Shown here: one piece after another, positions 56,691 to 64,000 of the stretch
How the letters are laid out: each line of letters starts with the position of its first letter
Position numbering within the stretch: the first letter of the stretch is position 1
DNA from: the human T2T-CHM13v2.0 reference genome, Homo sapiens
Length of the DNA stretch: 64,000 nt
Assembly: GCF_009914755.1 (NCBI RefSeq)
Contig: NC_060942.1
Direction: 5' to 3' (one strand)
Program-made: the position numbers and the translations under genes
The notes under the pieces: generated by a model
What the model saw: the letters and a program-made list of their open reading frames with translations, nothing else
Told to the model about the DNA's origin: nothing
Database searches by the model: none

Positions 56691-58457
56691 AACTCAAACA
56701 CTCAGAGCTGCTTGCAGCTTTAGAAAGAAATGCATATTTTCCTTTTAGTTACGACTTACAATTTCCAAACATTTAAAATGTAGTATCAAAATAACATAAT
56801 GTATATCTGACTAGGTAATGCTACTAAAACAGAGACCAAAATGGTAACTAATTATAATGAGGAAACATATCATTAATGATGGTGGCAACTAGTAATATAA
56901 AATTGAATAAATTTATTTTATCAAAATGCAACTTCAAAATTAAAAGCACAATTTGATAAATTATTTCAGTTATAAATGTATTTTGAAAGTATTCAACAAC
57001 GAATAGCAATTTGTTATTGAAAATTTTCTTATTCAGTATTAATAGGGACATACGATATGAATAACCAAGCAAATTCAAGAGAGCATGATTAAAGTCCAAA
57101 AATAAATTTAATATAGTGAAAATTAAAGGGCACATTTAAATAGTTGATACTATCTGAAAAGGATAAAAGTTTTGCTTCCATGTCAGCTATAATATTGATG
57201 CAAGGGAGGCAGCTTAATTCATATAATGACTAATAAGCATATTGTGTTACAAAAATATATTTGTGCATTCCTTGGAAGCTGAAGAAAGCAGCACTGTGAA
57301 TATTTTTCCCTATTGGAATAAGCAGTTTCTATTCTGGATCTCTCATGAAGTGGCTGTCTTCTGGAAAAAAAAATTAAAGATTTGTGGGAATTATTTATCA
57401 TGTAAAAAACTCTACATGAAGCATTAAAGTTTGAAAGAAAAATAGGACAGATAATTTAGTTCTAATTTTTGCCTTACTTTTGCATGTGTTGCTAAGCAAA
57501 TCACTTAATCTCTTTGCATCCCAGTAGGTTACCAGGTTGGAGAAAAGAAAAAGAAAAACAGGGTAAGGGGGTTTTCAGGGGTGGGTTTGAGGCACAGTTA
57601 GATGCATTACAGAATATGTTAGAGAAACCTCAACAAGCAGTTGGGAATGGAGCAAAGAACCAAAGAAGGATGGTTTGCTGATGGATGAAGGCCAACAGTA
57701 TTTTAGGCAATATTAAACCAGAAATAAGGGATTAAGGTCAAAATTTAGGCAAGATAGGTAAGGATTTGAAAAGGAAATAAGTGAGAAAATTAGAGATAAA
57801 GTACAGACAGTTTAATAATTGACTATCAGATGGTATGGAGTAAGCTCTGAAACCCAAATATTGTGGCAGGGTTAATGATACCAGTGAGCTATATTGAAGG
57901 AATGTCCATCATAAATATTCAGTAAAAAACATTTTGTCTCAAAATACCACAGAATTTGAAATTCCACCTTTTAACATTTACTATTTTGATTTCTGAAAGG
58001 TTTAGTTCTTCAAATTTCCCTAAATAAAACATAAGTAAACTAAGGACAACAAGCTCTTGCGGGGGTGAGATCCAAAAGGAAACACAGAGAAGTATCATAC
58101 ACTTAAAAAATAAATCCCTTACGTGATTCTCTGGCTATCTAGTTAGCAGTCTCTTCATCAGTGCCGCCTTGGGTGACTTTGCTGAAGTTGCACTTGGTTC
58201 ACATTTCTTCACGTAACCTGCATTCTTTAACCCTTTGCGTCTTTTGGGCTCGTATTACAGGTTCACTGAAAGTAACAATACGCATCACACATCTATGAAA
58301 GTAAAAGGCCACAAAATCCCTAGTTGCCTTCTTTTTGTATCCACCTCTTTCCAGCCATTGCTAAGCTGGGACAGTGGTTTATCATTCCGAGTAACTAAAA
58401 AAATTAAGAGGCTAGTATTCCACTGGTGAGGCGCCATAGAGAACAAAGCACTCCGAT

Positions 58458-58812
58458 TGAGATGGTTTGGCTCTGTGTCTCCACCCAAATCTCATCTCGA
58501 ATTGTAATCCCCATATGCTGAGGGAGGGACCTGGTGGGAGGATTATGAGGCAGTTTTCCCCATGCTGTTCTCCTGATAGTGAGGGAATTTTCACGAGATC
58601 TGATGGTTTAAAAGTGGCAGTTTACCCTGAACTCACTGGCTCTCCTGCTGCCTTGAGAAGAAGGTGCCTGCTTCCCCTTCGCCTTCTGCCATGATTGTAA
58701 GTGTCCAGAGGCCTCCCCAGCCTTGTGGAACTGTGAGTCAATTAAACCTCTTTCCTTCATAAATTACCCAGTCCCAGGCAGTTCTTTATCAGTGTGAGAA
58801 CAGACTAAGACA
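58458..58812 (+). mobile_element. MSTA/THE1D-like solo LTR
   Basis: tgagatggtttggctctgtgtctccacccaaatctcatctcgaattg...gtgtgagaacagactaagaca; TSD ccgat / ctgat. Confidence 0.92.
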
Positions 58813-58948
58813 CTGATTATGATTATGCCAACACAGAATGTGTTGATTTCATTTTACCATTTCTGTTGAACTGTTTTAGATTTCTGGAGAGCTAAAAGTC
58901 TGCCATATAAAATGTACGATAATTAATTGGCCATCCCTAGAATTTGTT

Positions 58949-59123
58949 CAAAGGTACATCCAGGTTTTGTGAGGCCTATAACTTATATAATCTGGACAAT
59001 AATCCATTTAAAATGCATGTAACATTGGTGAAACTAAATTAGGTGCAAGTCACTGGAAGGGGCCCATGCCAATGAAAGGCCCTGAAGCTTAATCTTCATT
59101 AGCTTCATGATAAGTCAGCCTCT
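58949..59123. mobile_element. hAT-Tip100-type MITE (Arthur1/MER69-like)
   Basis: atccaggttttgtgaggcct...ggaaggggccc...ggccctgaagcttaatcttcattagcttcatgataagtcagcctct. Confidence 0.6.
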
Positions 59124-59550
59124 ATACATGATATAATTGGTCCTCACTTCTTAGTGAGCGAGGAAGGAATGGTAAAATCAGCAACTGGCTGGACTTGAAG
59201 CAGCAAAATAAGTCTAAGTTTGGCTCTGCCGTCAGGCTCACTGCTTTCACAGACTCTGAGGCTGAGGATGTTACCACTAAAATATCATCTAAAGAACAGA
59301 TGAGGTCTAGAGAGAAGCAAATCCCAGCTCTTTTACTTTTTAATTTGACACTACCCAATGTCTTTGCATTGTAGTGTCTTTCATTTTTAAAGGTTCACTC
59401 TTACTGGCATACAACACAGGCTAGATCTGCTTTCCAGTGGTTCAAAAATGGAAAACTTTTTGTGTCTGCATCTATTCTTACACTAAATGTTTTAAACAGG
59501 CCCTTGTATCCTACTGTATCATTTATCCAACTATTAATTATTTAAGTGTC

Positions 59551-60014
59551 TATTTGGGGTTGAATTGTGAATCCCAAAGAGATATGTTGAAATTGTCACC
59601 CCTAGAACCTCAGAATGTGACCTGATTTGGAAATAGGTTGTTGCAGACATAATTAGTTTAGTTAAGATGAGGTCATACTTGACTAAGGTGAGTCCTTAAT
59701 CCACTATGACTGGTGACCTTATGAGAAAAGGAGAAAAAACAGAGACATGGACACACAAGTGAGAATGCTGTGTGACAACAGAGATTAGACAGCTGCAGCT
59801 GCAAACCAAGGAATACCCAGAATTGCCAAGGAACCACCAGGACATAGAAAGAGGGAAGGAAGGATTTTTTGCTACAGGTTTCAAAGGGAGCATGGCCCTG
59901 CCAACATGTTGATGTCAAACTTCAAGCCTCCAGAACTATGACAGAATACATTTCTGTTGTTTTAATCTACCCAGGTTGTAGAACTTTTTATGGTAGCCTC
60001 TGGAAACTAATATG
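59551..60014 (+). mobile_element. MLT1C LTR
   Basis: gggttgaattgtg...cctcagaatgtgacctgatttggaaatagg...ttaagatgaggtcatac...gcctccagaact...ggaaactaata. Confidence 0.88.
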
Positions 60015-60130
60015 GCATCTAATCCCAATTATGGGGCCTCAGTGCTGGGCATACAGCAAAAAATGTGATGATATAAACTCTGTGCTTATGTAATTAATCT
60101 ATTGAGAAATATTGACTCTAAACATTATTT

Positions 60131-60192
60131 CTATCTATCTATCATCTATCTAGCATATCATCTATCATCTATCATCTCTCTATCCATCTATT
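60131..60192. repeat. Degenerate (TATC)n microsatellite
   Basis: Directly visible. Confidence 0.75.
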
Positions 60193-60862
60193 TAACAAAT
60201 GCAATAAGAGAGGGAATAATTCTTCAGATCCTACTTTATTTATCTCTAATGTGGGAAAATATCAAACATGCAGGTCTTGCTCTGATTATTAAAAAAGATA
60301 ATGTATATATGAAACTCTCTTGGAAGCTAGAAAGAACACCAAATAATGGTTGGAAGGCAGTGCAGTGGCATTGAACGACTGGGGTAAGCACAATGTTTTT
60401 GGTCACAAATGACAGCAATCCAGCCAGTATTTCGTTAAAGTAAAAAGAAAACAAAATGAACCCAGGAAATTTAATCAGAGGCTTGAGTAGCTCCATGAAG
60501 AGGAGCTGGCTCAGAAAAGTCATTTGTGGACAGTTGGGAAAAAATCATATATGAACATGTAACACACCAGTAGAATTATATGACTAAGAAATAGAAGTAT
60601 ATTTTGCCCAATGGGCAAAGAATGTTGCTCAGAAAAACAATATTCATGAAAGGCATGTCATTCTAGTCTCTCCACTTGCCCTTGAATCAAGCCTCTCCCA
60701 CTTGCTGTTAGATCTTCGGCCAGTTAGTACTGTGAACCTCAGCCATTATTTTCCAAGCTGCGATAGATATCGCTATTCTGAAGAGTTTTTGTAAAGATTG
60801 ATTTGGAAAATATCTATAAGACATATTTATTCATTAGAATAGGTAACCAAATTGGTATTGTT

Positions 60863-61362
60863 TATTATGGCCAGCAGAAAATTCGCAAATCCCATCCCTT
60901 ACCTCTGTTCACTTCCTAATCCCATTATGTTAGCCTACATGGGAAAGGGGAATTATCGTATCAGATGAGATTAAAGTTGCTAACCAGCTGACCGAAAAAT
61001 AAAAAATAGGGAGATTATTCTGAGTTATTCAGCTGGCCCCAAATAATCATGCTTAAATGCTTAAATGAGAAAAAGGGAAGTGGAAGAAACAGTGTCAGAG
61101 TGATTTGATGTAAGAAAGATGTGACTAGGCTTTGAAGATTGTGAAAGGACAGACCAAGAAATGAAAAAGGCAGGAAAAAGCAAGAAAACAGGTTCTCACC
61201 TGGAGCTTCCTGCAGTAAACGCATTCCAGCTAAGATGTGCAGTGAGCTGAGTGAGACCAATTTTGAACTTGTGACTTTTAGAACTGTAAGATAATAAATC
61301 TGTGCTCTTTTCAGCCACTATGTTTGAGGTAATTTGTTGTAGCAGCAATGGGAAACTAATAT
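60863..61362 (+). mobile_element. MLT1D LTR
   Basis: gattaaagttgctaaccagctgacc...agggagattattctg...agaactgtaagataataaat...gtaatttgttgtagcagcaatgggaaactaatata. Confidence 0.85.
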
Positions 61363-62785
61363 AGTTATTTTAATCTTACTGAGAAATATAGGACACTTAG
61401 TAGGATGAGCAAAGTAAGAGGCTATAGCAATGAAGAGGAAATACATGAAAATAAATTCATGAAACTTACAGAAAATCTAAGGAAAATGTGGGCATATCAT
61501 GGTGATTGCAATATGCTGTGATTAAGTGATTGAAAAAGATAAAATGTTTTCCTGACTGGGACATTAAACTTATGAGAGTTCCTGGAAGAGTATAGGTGCT
61601 GGGGAGTTTCATGCGTCTGAGATTGTGTGATTTTTCTTACCTTGAGAAAAATTGGGGGAAAAATAGAGAAACTGAAAGGAGTTCAGGTTGAATAGAGTTT
61701 AAATTCAAAGAGTTAAAAAAATGACAAGAGCTGTAGAATAGTGTAGAAAAGCATTAGAATACTTTTGTGAGTCTTGGAACTCATAACACTCTTGAGTCTA
61801 ACAACAAATAACTATTGAGTCTTATAAACAAATAAATTTAATTATAATGATGAGTTAATCATTTGTGTTACTATGTGTAAGCTGGATAATTTCTAGACAC
61901 TATTTTTCTTTAACTGATAGAAGAGATAAAATACAAAATTATTTCCTCATGGTTTGTTTTGAAGACTAAATGAAATAATACAGTTCCTAGCACATAGTAA
62001 TGAATAAATGTCACCATCATAATATAAATAATAATTATTATCACGTTACTGCAATTACTATTATTATGACTATAGTTAGTATCAACTCAGAAAGATTTTG
62101 AAAACCATTTTTAGAAGCTTGAGCTTTATCTTCAATGCAAAAAAGAACCAAAGAGGATTTTCCATGGAAAGAAAATGATCTGATTTGCATTCTACAATAA
62201 TCACTTTGGAAATAACACAGAGGAAACATGAACACTGACCTATTCTTCCTCCCATTATACACTTAAACCACAGTGAATGAATACAAGTTATAAGCCCCAT
62301 AGATGGAAAACAAGGAGAAAACACCCTAAGAAAAATATAATTTTGGAAAACAGCAAAACCAGTGCATGAGTAGGAACTGATTTTTCAAGGCAAATTTGAA
62401 ATCTGGATGTCTGTAATAAGGAAAACAAATAAGTCAGTCCGCATGTAATAAAACCTTTGAAATGTTCAGAACACTGAGGAATGTGCTTCTCTACAACCAG
62501 ATGTTCAGGGAGGGGCTGAAATGAAGAGAAGTTTCTACTCTTTCAGCCACCACTGCTTTTCCCAAGTCCACCATAGCAAAAAGATGAGAGCCCTAAAGAT
62601 TCTGGAAAAGTGGAAACAAGACCCGGCTGGGCTGGGAATGAAACACTGTACTGTAGAAGGAAGTTTGACTTATGCCTGCACTTAGACAGGAAGGCCTCTT
62701 TCCCCGCTGGACATCTAGAATTGGGGCAGCCAAGCTAATTCTGTTCTGGTATGTGATTGGAGTGTTTCTCTCTGGGGAATATTTC

Positions 62786-63102
62786 TTTTTATTTCTTTTT
62801 TTTTTTTTTTTTTTTTTTTTTTGAGACGGAGTCTTGCTTTTTCGCCAGGCTGGAGTGCAGTGGTGGGATCTCAGCCCCTGCAACTTCTGACTCCCTGGTT
62901 CAAACCTGATTCTCCTGCCCCATTCTCCTGAGTAGCTGGGATTACAGGCACGTGCCACCTCGCCCAGCTAATTTTTGGATTTTTAGTAGAAACAGGGTTT
63001 CACCATGTTGGCCAGGATGGTCTCAATCTCCTGACCTCGTGATCCACCCACCTCAGACGTCTAAAGTGTTGGGATTACAGGCGTGAGCCACCGCGCCCAG
63101 CC
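62786..63102 (-). mobile_element. AluSc, full length
   Basis: Poly-T, tcgccaggctgg (Sc deletion), ttggccaggatggtctc; degenerate TSD ggggaatatttct / agggagcatttct. Confidence 0.92.
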
Positions 63103-63371
63103 AGGGAGCATTTCTAATTAGGGGAAAAAAAAAACAACAACTGTCGTTGATTGTATTTTGTGCTCTTGGAAGAACCTGCCAATTCTGCCATTGTTACCTT
63201 ATTGTGGGGCTAACACATGAATGCCTTATAACTAATTACTTCTTACTGCCCTTCATTTTTTTTCTCATTAGAATTTCCCACTCTTTACAACATTGTTTAT
63301 ATACATATAGGCCCCCTGAATGATTTTGTTTCCTAATGTTTCCCCAGTTGCTAGAATATTGCCTGACCCTA

Positions 63372-63409
63372 TGTATTAGTTAGGGTTCTCTAGACAGATA
63401 CAGCTCATA

Positions 63410-63450
<41 letters not shown>

Positions 63451-63944
63451 AATATAAAGGGGATTTTATTAGGATAAACTCACACAATCACAAGGTGATG
63501 TCCCACAATAGGCTCTCTGCAAGCTGAGAAGCAAGGAAGCCAGTCTGAGTCTCAAAACCTCAAAAGTAGGGAAGCGAATCGTGCAGCCTTCAGTCTATGG
63601 CTGAAGGCCTGAGATGCCCTGGCAAATCACTAGTGTAAGTTCAAGAGTCCAAAAGCTGAAGAACTTGGAGTCTGATGTTTGAGAGCAGGAAGCATCCAGC
63701 ACGGGAGAAAGATGAAGGCGGGAAGACTCAGCAAGTCTGCTCTTTCCACGTTCCTCTGCCTGTTTTATTCTAGCCATGCTGGCGGCTGGTTAGCTGATGC
63801 CCACCCTGATTGAGGGTGGGTCTGCCTCACCCAGTTCACTGACTCAAATTTTAATCTCCTTTGGCAACACCCTCACAGACACACCCAGTAACAGTACTTT
63901 GCATCCTTCAATCCAATGAAGTTGACACAATATTAACCATCACA
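63372..63944 (-). mobile_element. MLT2A (HERV-L) solo LTR containing (CA)n at 63412-63448
   Basis: Minus-strand start TGTGATGGTTAATATTGTGTCAACTTCATTGGATTGAAGGATGCAAAG; TSD cccta / ccctg. Confidence 0.92.
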
Positions 63945-64000
63945 CCCTGTATACATATATATGTAGGTATACACATATACATATATGTACGTACATGTAT

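Noticed and set aside
58419-58437. CTCF-like sequence ccactggtgaggcgcca
   Set aside because: Spacing is one base off the core motif; too weak to call.

Overview
This is AT-rich primate genomic DNA, most likely human, because it carries an Alu with all five AluYa5 diagnostic positions. It looks intergenic or deep intronic: I found no intact protein-coding gene, RNA gene or CRISPR array. The only gene-derived sequence is a 5'-truncated, intronless, disabled retrocopy of SPPL3 (signal peptide peptidase-like 3) at ~23.3-25.1 kb, with a young AluYa5 in its 3' UTR. The rest is unique sequence interspersed with Alus, MaLR LTRs (THE1/MST/MLT1), ERV1 and ERVL LTRs, L1/L2/MIR fragments, DNA transposons (MER1A, MER2, Charlie1, MER58A) and simple repeats. 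The most interesting structures are: (1) a very old minus-strand ERV1-type provirus at ~13.2-19.7 kb, read from a decayed integrase and a pair of diverged direct repeats and split by later insertions; (2) a solo LTR12C with a tandemly expanded pure-G/C G-quadruplex/GC-box tract; (3) a ~430-bp local copy of an Alu-containing block pasted by microhomology into a MER2 2.4 kb away; (4) a fold-back palindrome inside a MIR. I see no evidence of a new biological system; these are evolutionary, mutational and possibly regulatory observations. Repeat subfamily names come from recalled consensus sequences and should be confirmed with RepeatMasker/Dfam.
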